DNA of 62,397 bases, filler included, from Candidatus Tectimicrobiota bacterium (GTDB taxonomy: Bacteria; JACPSX01): NCBI GenBank assembly GCA_016193065.1. It is 9 parts of 9 records of this genome, joined end to end, with 100 filler letters (N's around TTAATTAATTAA, not from the genome) between each part and the next. Parts side by side here need not be neighbours in the genome. Positions count along the whole stretch, not along the records: positions 12,709 to 26,715 come from JACPSX010000242.1; positions 26,816 to 36,824 come from JACPSX010000225.1; 7 more parts are not named here. One strand, given 5' to 3'. Both the position numbers and the translations under genes were made by a program. The notes beneath the pieces were generated by a model. It saw only the letters and a list, made by a program, of their open reading frames with translations. It was not told where the DNA came from and made no database searches. This document shows positions 18,519 through 28,477 of the stretch, in pieces (positions within the stretch are counted from its first letter, which is position 1; each line of letters starts with the position of its first letter).

Positions 18519-19958
18519 ATGACCCAAGCAAGAATTCTAAGGGTGGACGTGGCCATAGCCGGCGCCGGGGGCGCGGGCATTGCCGCGGCCATAGAGGCGC
18601 AAGGCCAGGGAGCTGACGTTCTCGTCCTGGACTGCGCGGATTCCTTTGGCGGGGCCGCCGTGATGTCCGGCGGCGGCTGCTTCATCGTCGACACACCTCT
18701 TCAGGCCCGGCACGGGATCAAAGATTCCGTGGAGATGGCTTACGAGGACTGGCTGGCCTGGGGAGGAGAGACCGTGGACAAGGAGTGGGCCCGCTACTAC
18801 ATTGAGCGCAGCCGTCCCGACCTCTACGATTGGGTCGAGGGGTTTGGAATCCATTGGACGGATCTCAAATTCCAGGAGGGAAACCGGGCGATGCGCTGGC
18901 ACCGTCCGGCCGGCGGCGGAAAAGAGCTCACGACCGGGCTGTACGAGACGGCTCTTCGCCTGGGGGTCGACCGCTGGCTGTGGCGCACTTCCCCCGAGGA
19001 GATTTTGCTGGACAAGGGTCGCGTGGTCGGCGTGCGGTCCCGCAACCTGGACACCGGTGAAGAGATGGAGATTCACTGCCGGAACCTCGTCATGGCCACC
19101 GGCGGCTTCAATTCCAACCACGAGATGGTCGCCCGGTACAATCCGCAGCTCCGGAACTGCCAGTTCCTGGTCTGCTCGGGGCCCTACTCGACCGGCAAGG
19201 GCCACAAGCTCGTGGAGCAGGTGGGCGGCATGCTCACCCACATGGATCAGATGTGGATCTACGTCTTTGCCACCCCGGACTACCGGGACCCCGAGGGGAA
19301 GTGGGGGCTGGTGATCCGCGACATTCCGGGCAACGCCTGGGTGAACGCACAGGGGAAGCGCTTCCACAACGAGGCGCTCTCGGGCGGCGCCTCGGGAACA
19401 CCGGCCGTTATGCGCCAGGATCCGCCCTTTGCCTGGGCGATCATCGACGGACCCATGACCGCCAACATGGAGATCTCTCACCCCGATTATCGCCGGGGAG
19501 CCACCGCGGTTCCGGAAAAAGTGGCGCAGTTTCTACAGGAATCCCCCTTCATCTACATGGCCCAAAGCCTGGAGGAGCTCGCGCGCGCCATCGCTGTGCC
19601 CCCCGAGGTGTTCTGCGACACGATCGAACGGTACAACAGCGCCGTGCGCGCGGGTCTAAGCCACGACCCCGAACAGGGCAAGCCCCTGGCCAAGATGACT
19701 CCCATTGCCACGCCGCCTTTCGTGGCCATCAAGTTCATGCCCCTGGCGCGCAAGAATTTCGGCGGCGTGAAGACCTCGCTGCGCTGCGAGGTCCTGCGCC
19801 GCGACGGGAGCATCATTCCGGGCCTTTATGCGGCCGGCGAGCTGGCGGGGATGGCGGGCGGGCACATCAACGGGAAAAACGGCCTCGAGGGAACCATGCT
19901 GGGCCCCTCCATCTTCAGCGGGCGGGTGGCCGGAGTCTGGGCCGTGAAGGGACAGTAG
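18519..19958 (+). CDS. FAD-dependent oxidoreductase (FAD_binding_2; fumarate reductase/3-ketosteroid dehydrogenase-like)
   Basis: GAGGAGIAAA, GGAAVMSGG, ATGGF, IPGLYAAGE; GGAG RBS before 18519. Confidence 0.88.
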   Translation: MTQARILRVDVAIAGAGGAGIAAAIEAQGQGADVLVLDCADSFGGAAVMSGGGCFIVDTPLQARHGIKDSVEMAYEDWLAWGGETVDKEWARYYIERSRPDLYDWVEGFGIHWTDLKFQEGNRAMRWHRPAGGGKELTTGLYETALRLGVDRWLWRTSPEEILLDKGRVVGVRSRNLDTGEEMEIHCRNLVMATGGFNSNHEMVARYNPQLRNCQFLVCSGPYSTGKGHKLVEQVGGMLTHMDQMWIYVFATPDYRDPEGKWGLVIRDIPGNAWVNAQGKRFHNEALSGGASGTPAVMRQDPPFAWAIIDGPMTANMEISHPDYRRGATAVPEKVAQFLQESPFIYMAQSLEELARAIAVPPEVFCDTIERYNSAVRAGLSHDPEQGKPLAKMTPIATPPFVAIKFMPLARKNFGGVKTSLRCEVLRRDGSIIPGLYAAGELAGMAGGHINGKNGLEGTMLGPSIFSGRVAGVWAVKGQ

Positions 19959-20075
19959 CGCGCCCAGGCAAGGCTTGATAGTTTCGGAGAAAGCGATCAC
20001 GAATCGAACCAACTCCGGCGGGAAATCACATTTTGCAACGGAGGGGTCGTTGGAAAATAATACAAAGGAGAGAGC

Positions 20076-21170
20076 ATGAACCGAATCACCCCCTTCAAGA
20101 AATTTCGGTACCCGAGGCGCGCAACCAGCCGCGTTTTCATCGGGCTCTGGGTGGCCCTGTGCATGGCAGTCAGCAGTATGATGGTCCCCCTTGCCGCCAG
20201 TGCAAATCCCTACCTGGCCAAACCGGGAGAAGCGGCGGTTTCTCTGCGCGTCGCCACTTGCGCCACCAGCGGAGGCTTCGTTCACTTGTACACCGCTCTG
20301 GAGAACGGTCTGTTTGACAAATACGGGATCAAGCCAAGCCACATTTTCATCCGGGGCAGCAGCATTTCGCTGGCCTCCCTGTCCTCCGATGAGATCCAGT
20401 TTCTCTATTGCGCGGCCGATGCAACGATCCCCGGCCTGGCCACAGGGATCGACGGGAAACTGATCGGAGCTCCGCTCGTGGGGCTCCCCTACGTGCTCCT
20501 GGTCCGCAAGGACATCATGAAGATGTCCGACCTGAAGGGCAAGAGCTTGGGGGTGACGCGCCCGGGCGATTTAAGCTTCCGGCTGTCCAGAGCAATGATC
20601 AAAAAGTTCAATTTGACGGAAGAAGAGGTGAAGTTGCGCTCCATCGGCGGCAGCCAGTCCGAGCGCTACCAGGCCCTGGTCCAGGACATCATTCAGGGGA
20701 TCGTCATCACTCCCCCTCTCGACGTGCGCGGCAAGAGGGCCGGCTTCAACGTGGTCTACAACCTGAACGAAATGGACCTTCCCTTCATCTACAGCTCCGT
20801 CCACACGAATTCGAAGACCTTGAAGGAGAAGCCGGGAGTGGTGCAACGCTTCGTAGCGGCAATGGCCGAAGCGATCCACTTCGTGGAGAAGAACCCGGAA
20901 AAGGCCAAGGCGGCTCTGAGCAAGACCCTCAGGATCCAGGATTCCGAGACCCTGCAATCCGCCTATGATGCCTACGCAAAGCAGGTCATCAACCGGCGAA
21001 TGGTTGTCCCGGCCAATGCCGTCGCGGAGACAGTGGAAATCGCCCGCGAAGCCGGGGCGGACATCAAGAGGAAACCGGCGGACCTCTTCGACAACACCTT
21101 TGTCGAGAACCTGGACAAGAGCGGCTTCCTGAAGGAGATCTGGGGCGGCGCTGTTCCTGGGAAGAAATAA
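20076..21170 (+). CDS. ABC substrate-binding protein (NMT1/SsuA-like)
   Basis: Signal peptide; GLFDKYGI, DLKGKSLGVTRPG, DNTFVENLDKSGF. Confidence 0.85.
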   Translation: MNRITPFKKFRYPRRATSRVFIGLWVALCMAVSSMMVPLAASANPYLAKPGEAAVSLRVATCATSGGFVHLYTALENGLFDKYGIKPSHIFIRGSSISLASLSSDEIQFLYCAADATIPGLATGIDGKLIGAPLVGLPYVLLVRKDIMKMSDLKGKSLGVTRPGDLSFRLSRAMIKKFNLTEEEVKLRSIGGSQSERYQALVQDIIQGIVITPPLDVRGKRAGFNVVYNLNEMDLPFIYSSVHTNSKTLKEKPGVVQRFVAAMAEAIHFVEKNPEKAKAALSKTLRIQDSETLQSAYDAYAKQVINRRMVVPANAVAETVEIAREAGADIKRKPADLFDNTFVENLDKSGFLKEIWGGAVPGKK

Positions 21171-21441
21171 ATGTAAAACTGGGCGGCTGAACCCTCAAGG
21201 AAAGTCTTCTCCGGGAGGGGACATCTGTCCCCTGCCAAAACAATCCTACCCGCATCCGCCCATTCGGCAGAGATGTGGCGCAATTTGAAAAAGTGCTTGA
21301 CAACCTCCGTGAGGGGGGCGATAGTCTCTCCCATCCTTCAACAGCATAAGAGCCCCGCAACGATGGCACGAGGAGGGTCTTTCTGACCTGAAAAATGCCA
21401 TGGAGTCAGGAATTCAAGCCTACTGGAGAGGAGAGACTTCG

Positions 21442-22659
21442 ATGCAAAAGGCAAAGAGGCAGTCCTTAGGATCCTGTTCTGTTGTCCTGGTTTGCCTGCT
21501 TGTCCTGGCCTTTGCCGGCCCTGCCCTGTCTGCGCAGAGCCCGATCAAAGTGGGGCTTCTGCTCCCCTACACGAGCGTCTTCGCCGTGCAGGGGACCGAC
21601 ACCACAAAGGGGTTCGAGCTTTACCTGGACCAGGCGGGCTGGAAAGCCGGCGGGCGCGAGATTCAGTTAACCAAGGAAGACACGGAGGTGAAGCCCGACG
21701 TGGGGCTTGCCAAGCTCCGCAAGATGATCGAGCGGGACCAGGTGAAACTCGTCGTGGGGCCGGTGAGCAGCGCCGTGGCCTTGGCCATTCACGACTACGT
21801 CAACCGGGAAAAGGTTCCCCTCATCATCCCGGTGGCCTTTACCCGCCTACTCACAGCCCCTGACAAGGCAGGACCTTCCGTGTTTCGCCTCATCGAGACC
21901 ACGGATCAGTCCAACTACCCCATGGGGGAATGGGTATTCAAGAATACCCCGTATCGCCGGGTGATCATCATGGCCTCCGATTTCGTGGCCGGGCGAGACT
22001 CCGTGTCCGCATTCATGGCCGGATTCAAGAATGCCGGAGGGACCATTGTGCGGGAGATCTACCCTCCTCTCAACATCCAGGACTTTGGCCCTTACCTGTC
22101 CCGGCTGGTCTCCGAAAACGCGGATGCGGTCTACGCCTGGTTTGCAGGATCCGATGCAATCCGCTTCCTGAAGCAGTACGCGGAGTACGGGCTCAAGGGG
22201 AAAACCCCCCTTCTGGGTTACAACACGCTAACGGATGATACGATTCTCCCCGCCATCGGGGATGCAGCAATCGGGGTCATTTCTGTAGGACACTACAGCG
22301 CCAGCCTGGAAAGCGAGGAAAACACGGCTTTCGTGAGGGCCTACCGGGCCAAGTACGGATCCGCCCCAACCCGCTACAGCGAGGAGGGCTACACCAGTGC
22401 CCAGCTCGCAGTGGCCGCCATCGAGGATCTCAAGGGGGGCATCGACAACAAGGATCAGTTCCTGGAGGCGATCCGGCGGGTGGCGCCAAAAATCAAGGCA
22501 GTTCGCGGCCCGATCCGCTTTGACCGCTACCAACAGGTGATCACGAACATCTACGTCATGAAGACCGACAAGGTCGGGGGGCAACTGGTAAACAGCATCA
22601 TTGCCCGCATCCCCGAAGTTTCTCAGGAAGCGACCTGGGGGTGGTGGCAAAAGAAGTAG
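21442..22659 (+). CDS. Branched-chain amino acid / aromatic acid ABC substrate-binding protein (Peripla_BP_6)
   Basis: Signal peptide; IKVGLLLPYT, VGPVSSAVA, RGPIRFD. Confidence 0.9.
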   Translation: MQKAKRQSLGSCSVVLVCLLVLAFAGPALSAQSPIKVGLLLPYTSVFAVQGTDTTKGFELYLDQAGWKAGGREIQLTKEDTEVKPDVGLAKLRKMIERDQVKLVVGPVSSAVALAIHDYVNREKVPLIIPVAFTRLLTAPDKAGPSVFRLIETTDQSNYPMGEWVFKNTPYRRVIIMASDFVAGRDSVSAFMAGFKNAGGTIVREIYPPLNIQDFGPYLSRLVSENADAVYAWFAGSDAIRFLKQYAEYGLKGKTPLLGYNTLTDDTILPAIGDAAIGVISVGHYSASLESEENTAFVRAYRAKYGSAPTRYSEEGYTSAQLAVAAIEDLKGGIDNKDQFLEAIRRVAPKIKAVRGPIRFDRYQQVITNIYVMKTDKVGGQLVNSIIARIPEVSQEATWGWWQKK

Positions 22660-22681
22660 CTGATCTCCCCAGATTCGCTCT

Positions 22682-24247
22682 TCAATAGCTCTGTGACCGG
22701 AGTGCCCTGTACTTCTTCTCCAGCTTCTTGCGCTCCGTCTTGCCGAAGACGTTCTTGGGGATCTCGTCGACGATCTCGATGATCCGCGGCCGCTTGTAGC
22801 CTGCCAGGCTGCCGCTTTCCCGGCAGTATCGATCAATTTCTTCCCGGGTGATACCCGGGCTCTTGGGGCACACGCAGGCCATGACCACTTCGCCCCAGGT
22901 TGGATCAGGTACTCCGAAAACCGCCGCATCAGCCACCCCGGGGTGTCTCAGCAAAAACGCTTCGACCTCCTGAGGATAGACGTTTTCCGCTCCGGTGATA
23001 ATCACGTTGTCGATGCGGTCGACAATGTACATGTAGCCGTCCTCGTCCACCTCCACGATGTCCCGGGTATATAGCCAGCCATCCTGGATCGGCGCCGCCT
23101 CCTGCGGGTTCCTGTAATACTCCGCGATGTTCTGGGGCCCTCTCACGATCAACTGCCCGATCCCCGGGGGAGAGATCGCCTCGGCGGGGCTGACGGGACG
23201 ATCGGGATCCACCCGGATTACGCGGACCTCCCAGAAATAGGTGGCCTTGCCGATGCTGTCCCGCTTCTCGTAGGGATCCAGAGCGCTATGATAGGCGGTG
23301 GTATTGGCGCAATTTTCCGTCATCCCGTAGGTGTTGAGGACCTCGCATCCCAGCCGGGTCCGCACCCGGTCCACGAGGCTTTTCGGGTAGCGGCTGCCCG
23401 CGGTCCGGATAAGCCGCAAGGAAGAGAGAGTATAGGATTCCAGCTCCGGAACCGAAAGGAGACCTTCAATTTGAGTCGGAACCGCCATGAGCTCGGTGAC
23501 TTGGTGCTCGACGCACAGACGCAGGGCCGTGGGCGGATCGTACTTTCCCGAGAACACAAAACTGCCGCCGACCAGGAGATAGGCGAGCCAGAAGTTCAGT
23601 GCTCCGCCGTGGATCAGCGGGGCCAGGGTGAGCCCTCGGTGGCTGCGGTCAAGCCCCATTTCCAGGCTATACTGGATGGCGGAGAGGATCTGGGTCGATT
23701 GCGTGTAGGCAGCCCCTTTCGGGCGGCCCAGGGTGCCGGAAGTATAGATGACTGAAGAGAAGTCATCCGGGAAAAGATCGCAGAGCGGTGGCTCCTCACT
23801 GGAAAAGCGGCGCACCTCCGCGGAAAAGTTTCGGACGCCCGGGGGCGGCTCTCGCTCCCCGATGCGCACGAAGAGCCCGCCGAGCCCGCTCGCCCGGACA
23901 GGCGAGATCGTGGACTCAAATTCCTCCCCGTAGAGGACCGCTTTGGCCCCGCACAGGGAGGCCATGTACTTGATGTCCTCACTCACCAGGCGGAAATTCC
24001 ACAAATTCACCGCGACCCCCAGCTTGGCCAGAGCCAGGAAGGCCACGGCAAACTCCGCCGTGTTGTTGATCATGAGCCCGGCGTTATCTCTCTGGCGCAA
24101 CCCCTCCGAGGCCAGAAACCGGGCCGCCTGATTTACCCGGTCGTTCAGTTCCCGGTAGGTCAAGGCTTTGCCCGCGTCCAAAGCAGAAATGGAGTCCGGG
24201 TGCAGGCGGGCGTGCTTCTCCACGATGCGACCCACGATACCGAGCAT
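22682..24247 (-). CDS. Acyl-CoA synthetase / AMP-binding protein
   Basis: IYTSGTLGRPKG, NTYGMTE, DRIDNVIITGAENVYP, GKTERK. Confidence 0.92.
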   Translation of the reverse strand: MLGIVGRIVEKHARLHPDSISALDAGKALTYRELNDRVNQAARFLASEGLRQRDNAGLMINNTAEFAVAFLALAKLGVAVNLWNFRLVSEDIKYMASLCGAKAVLYGEEFESTISPVRASGLGGLFVRIGEREPPPGVRNFSAEVRRFSSEEPPLCDLFPDDFSSVIYTSGTLGRPKGAAYTQSTQILSAIQYSLEMGLDRSHRGLTLAPLIHGGALNFWLAYLLVGGSFVFSGKYDPPTALRLCVEHQVTELMAVPTQIEGLLSVPELESYTLSSLRLIRTAGSRYPKSLVDRVRTRLGCEVLNTYGMTENCANTTAYHSALDPYEKRDSIGKATYFWEVRVIRVDPDRPVSPAEAISPPGIGQLIVRGPQNIAEYYRNPQEAAPIQDGWLYTRDIVEVDEDGYMYIVDRIDNVIITGAENVYPQEVEAFLLRHPGVADAAVFGVPDPTWGEVVMACVCPKSPGITREEIDRYCRESGSLAGYKRPRIIEIVDEIPKNVFGKTERKKLEKKYRALRSQSY

Positions 24248-24272
24248 GACAGTTCCTCCCGGAGCAGTTCGC

Positions 24273-25544
24273 CTAGACGACGAGCAGTTCGTTGCAGTAC
24301 TTGCTCAAGCGACGGGCACCGGTGGCGGTGATCACCACGGTGTCGCCCAGGGGAATCCCGATCTTGCGGTCGGGCGTTGAGATCATGGGCTCGTAGGCGA
24401 GAACCATCCCCTCCTGGAAAACCATGTCCCGGGGGGACGCTTCAATGGGATTGGTTTTCCCCCAGAAGTTCGCATTGGGGAATTCCAGTCCGGAAAGGCC
24501 CATGCCGTGGAATGGACAGTGCAGATAGCTGTAGCCCGCCTCCTCCAGGGGCTTGGTCAGGGCGTCCTCCTGCTCGCCGATGGTGACGCCCGGTTTCAGC
24601 TTGGCGAAAGCTTCATCGCGGGTGCGGCGCAGCAGGTTGAACATCTCTTCGTATTCCTTGATGGGTTTGCCGATGCTCACGGGCTGGTGGGGGTGAGCCA
24701 CGTACCCCCCGTAGCGAGGGGTGATTTCGCTGATGATCAGATCCCCCTTTTCCAGGGGCCGATCGGGTGGGGTGGAGAGCTGCACATGAGTCGGGGCGGG
24801 TCCTGAAGTCCAGTACACGATGATGTAGCGCTCCGAGCCTTCTTCCATCATGCGCTCGTGGATCCGGGCATAGACCTTGATCTCGCTGGCCCCGGGGCGA
24901 GCGGTCTCCAGCATCGCTTCAATTCCCGCGTCGGCGATTTCCGAGGCTTTCTCGACGCAGCGGATCTCTTCGGGGCTCTTGCAGAGGCGCGCCGTTTCCA
25001 GAATGAAGGTCACATCGTCGACGAAGTTCGCCTGCGGGAGTTCCCGGCGCATGACCTGGTAGGTCTTCCAGGGAAAAACCCCGTCGGGCTCCCAATTCTG
25101 GGAAGTGCCGACCAGGCCGATCGCTCCTTGTTGCAGGCCCAGATCTTTCAGACAGCGGGCAACCGATTCTCCCCAACGGGGGCCGAGCTGCCGGATGCTG
25201 CTGACCCAAGGTTCGGCAAGAGCCCAGGTGCTGCGAACCGGCTTTCTCTTTCCCGCCTTTTCCAGAATGGTGCGGGTTAGAGGAGAAGTCTCCGGGTTGA
25301 GGCGAGCCTCCATGGGAGCCGTCCACCAGGTCAGCAGGACCGGCTCCTCCCGCAGTGGAAACACGGCAAAGCCAATGTCTCCAATTCCCGTCAGGTAGCG
25401 CACGTTGGCAAAGTTTCCGCCCCAGTTGCTCTGGTCGCCGGCAATGACGAGGCAGTCCAGCCCGAGCTTGGACATTTCCCTTCGGATTAAATTCCAGCGA
25501 CGGTCACGCTCAGCCCTGCTCAGCAGAGGAAAATTGGTCCCCAT
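24273..25544 (-). CDS. M24/creatinase-fold hydrolase
   Basis: NVRYLTG, KSPEEI, FHGMGL, YEPM; GAGGAGG RBS before 25544. Confidence 0.85.
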   Translation of the reverse strand: MGTNFPLLSRAERDRRWNLIRREMSKLGLDCLVIAGDQSNWGGNFANVRYLTGIGDIGFAVFPLREEPVLLTWWTAPMEARLNPETSPLTRTILEKAGKRKPVRSTWALAEPWVSSIRQLGPRWGESVARCLKDLGLQQGAIGLVGTSQNWEPDGVFPWKTYQVMRRELPQANFVDDVTFILETARLCKSPEEIRCVEKASEIADAGIEAMLETARPGASEIKVYARIHERMMEEGSERYIIVYWTSGPAPTHVQLSTPPDRPLEKGDLIISEITPRYGGYVAHPHQPVSIGKPIKEYEEMFNLLRRTRDEAFAKLKPGVTIGEQEDALTKPLEEAGYSYLHCPFHGMGLSGLEFPNANFWGKTNPIEASPRDMVFQEGMVLAYEPMISTPDRKIGIPLGDTVVITATGARRLSKYCNELLVV

Positions 25545-25828
25545 GGTGCCCTCCTCGTGATGAACACGAATCCACGGAATTGAGTGGCATGAATACCGAG
25601 CCCCTATACCTGTTAGGTCAAGAGGTGCTCGATCTGCTCCTAATTGTATATGGACGATAATGCGCATTTTATCCGATGCCCCCGATCTTCGCAACCGGTT
25701 CTGGAAGCCGCCAGAGCAGAAAGAAAGCTCTTGACAACCAGGCGGAGGAGGAGCGATACATGGCACACACCCCGTGCACCGCTGCAGAAATTCCATGCTG
25801 GCATGAACCGGGTGAAACAATCCCAAAC

Positions 25829-25885
25829 GCCCTCCTCACCCCATCCCTCTCCCCCAAGGGAGGGAAGGGGACAGCGGGGGGACTT
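25829..25885. repeat. C-run/G-run REP-like palindrome
   Basis: CCCTCCTCACCCCATCCCTCTCCCCCAAGGGAGGGAAGGGG. Confidence 0.5.
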
Positions 25886-25917
25886 TCTCAGCAGAATGCA
25901 GGGGAAAGGCCATCTCA

Positions 25918-26715
25918 ATGCCGGCCACTATTGATGTGGATATCGGTGGGACATTTACCGACTGCTATCTGACCCTGGACGGCCGCACGGTTTCCCGCAA
26001 GACGGAGACCACGACCTATGACCTTTCCGTGGGCTTCCTGCGGGTCATCGCGGAGAGCGCCCGGGAAGTCGGCCTCTCACTGGAAGAGTTCCTGCGCTGC
26101 ACGGAGAGGATCCGCTACTCGACCACAGTGGCCATGAACAAGCTGCTCGAGCGCCGGGGCCCCCGCCTTGGTCTTCTTACCACCGAGGGGTTCGAGGATT
26201 TCATTATCATCGGCCGGGGCTCCCAGTGGGCCGACGGGCTCACCATCGAGGAGCAGCGCCAGGTAGCCCGGGCCGAAAAGCCGCATCCCTTGATCCCCCG
26301 TGAGATGACTGTGGGGATCCAGGAACGGGTCGATTCCAAGGGACAAGTCGTCCGGTCTCTGAACGAAGAGGACGTGCGCCGGAAGATTCACGCCCTGGTC
26401 GATCAGGGAGCGCGCGGCTTCGTGGTCTGCCTTCTCTGGTCCTTCCTGAACCCGGCCCACGAGCTCCGCATCCAGGAGATCTTTCGCGAAGAGTACCCCG
26501 ACTGCACTCTGGGATCCATCCCGATGCTCCTCTCCCATCAGGTCCTCCCCAAGCATCTGGAGTATCAGAGGGCCATGACGACGATCCTGAACGCCTACCT
26601 GCACCAGGCCATCGCGGAGGAGATCGGGACGATCAGCGATGAGCTGCGCCAGCGCGGGTACCGCCGGCCCCTGTTCCTGGTGCACAACACGGGGGGCATG
26701 GCCGAGTCCTTCCGC
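25918..26715 (+). CDS. Hydantoinase/oxoprolinase A-family subunit (acetophenone carboxylase-like), 3'-truncated
   Basis: DVDIGGTFTD, RYSTTVAMN, LLWSFLNPAHE, TTILNAYL. Confidence 0.9.
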
Positions 26716-26815
26716 NNNNNNNNNNNNNNNNNNNNNNNNNNNNNNNNNNNNNNNNNNNNTTAATTAATTAANNNNNNNNNNNNNNNNNNNNNNNNNNNNN
26801 NNNNNNNNNNNNNNN
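26716..26815. other. Artificial contig linker
   Basis: N44-TTAATTAATTAA-N44. Confidence 0.99.
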
Positions 26816-27501
26816 GTCCCGGACTGCGCCACCACCTCCACGAGCGCCTTGTTGGTTCGCTCATTGGCAGCGAGCGTGGCTTTCACCAGGCTAGCCAGGG
26901 CTAGATTGTCGATGATCTGCTGGGCTTCCAGAGTTTTCTGAAATTCAGGACAGGAGACCATTTCCGAAATGGTCTCGGCCGCCGAGGAAATCGAGAGCCG
27001 GCCCAGGTTGATCACCAAGTCGTAGAGGCTAGGATCATTCCAATCGATGTCGAAGAGGTAGCGCAGACGCTGGGTCTTTTCCGCATCCTTCGCTTGAACC
27101 CGCTTGGCAGCCTCCTCGGGGGTCAGGCCCTGCTGGGCCACCAACCAGTCGACCCTGCGAGCTATCGGGACAATGACCCGGACCTTGAGAACATGGGGAA
27201 TCCCGCGCAGCAACTGCTGGCCGCCCGATCCGTGATAGACCATGTTGTCACGGCGTGCCAGCTCGCACATCGCCGCTTGGATGAAGATGAGGTAATTTCT
27301 GCGGCTCCGGGTGAGCCGTTCCCAGATTCCGGGCGTCTCTTCCAGCACCTGGGTCAGTTTGCTCTCGGAAATGCGAAAGCGTTTGGTCGCCTCCTCGATG
27401 ACCTCGGGCTCAATACAGCGGTAACCAAGCCTTTCAGCTACTTGTCGAGCAACCGTTTCCCCCTCCGGGTCACTCCCCTTCGAAATGGTGATGATTGCCA
27501 T
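26816..27501 (-). CDS. Cytidylate kinase-like family protein, probable C-terminal BON domain, 3'-truncated
   Basis: MAIITISK, VARQVAERLGY, DPSLYDLVIN; GGAGGTG RBS. Confidence 0.85.
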
Positions 27502-27600
27502 AGCCACCTCCCCCGGGATTCCCGGTTGAAAATCCGCTCTCCTTTCGGTTATATACCTCAAAGAGGAAGCTCCAACAATGAAATTGTCTCATGATCCCCA

Positions 27601-28477
27601 GTGCTTTCGCTGCTGGCCTCAAACGTTCAGGACACGCCCGTGAGGATTCAGGTCCCGGCAGGACCCCAGCTCGCAACCCTCTGGATTCCAAGTGTGCTAT
27701 TCCTCCTGCTCGCTGCCCGGCCTGTCGTTCTGGGCGCTGAGACGGGCTGGCGTCTTCTCGGAGAAGGGCTGGAAATACAGGTCGTCAAGCCCAAAGGGGA
27801 GAGGAGGCAATCCGCCTTTGCTGGTGACCCTCTTGCGTGTTTGGCCGCGTTATTACGATCTCAAGGTCATCCACGCTACGGACTTCGGCCAGCAGGCCAG
27901 CACGGTTCGGCCTTTGGCCGAAGCCAGTGGAGCCCTCGGGGCAATCAACGCGGGATTCTTTTACCCGGATCTCCGTCCGATGGGTCTAGTCATTGCCAGG
28001 GGAAAGCCCCGCTCCCCCCTAAAAAAGCGCTCTCACCCCCTGTTCGAGGGAGTTTTTCTCATGAAGGACGGAAAACCGTACATTGGCCGTCCGGATGATG
28101 TCGACCTGAAAGGGACCCAAGAGGCTCTCCAGTCGGGTCCCTTGCTCGTGATGGGCGGTCAACTGGCCCCCGGCATCGATTCCACCAGTCAGGCCCGTCA
28201 CGCCCGATCTGCAATTGGAATCGACCGGAACCGCAACATCCTCCTGGTCGCTTCCAGTGGAGGAGGGGATGGCTTTACGTTAGCCGAACTGGCCCGTTTC
28301 CTCCTGCCTGCAGGCCACGATTCTTGGGGATGCGAAGAGGCTTTGAACCTGGACGGAGGCAGCTCGACCCAGCTCTATCTGCAAGGCAAGGGAGGGACCA
28401 TTGACGTACGGGGCCTATCACAGATCCCCGTAGCTTTGGGAATATTCCGCAGGCCCGATCCGGAGATTTCCAGGTGA
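27601..28477 (+). CDS. Phosphodiester glycosidase (NAGPA/DUF2233) family protein, apparent frameshift near 27795
   Basis: AINAGFF, RSAIGI, ALNLDGGSSTQL; signal peptide + WRLLGEGLE lie in the upstream frame; start uncertain. Confidence 0.8.

Noticed and set aside
25761-25820. TGGCAC/TGGCAT sigma54-like motifs upstream of the hydantoinase gene (also ~5093)
   Set aside because: GG-N10-GC spacing not satisfied
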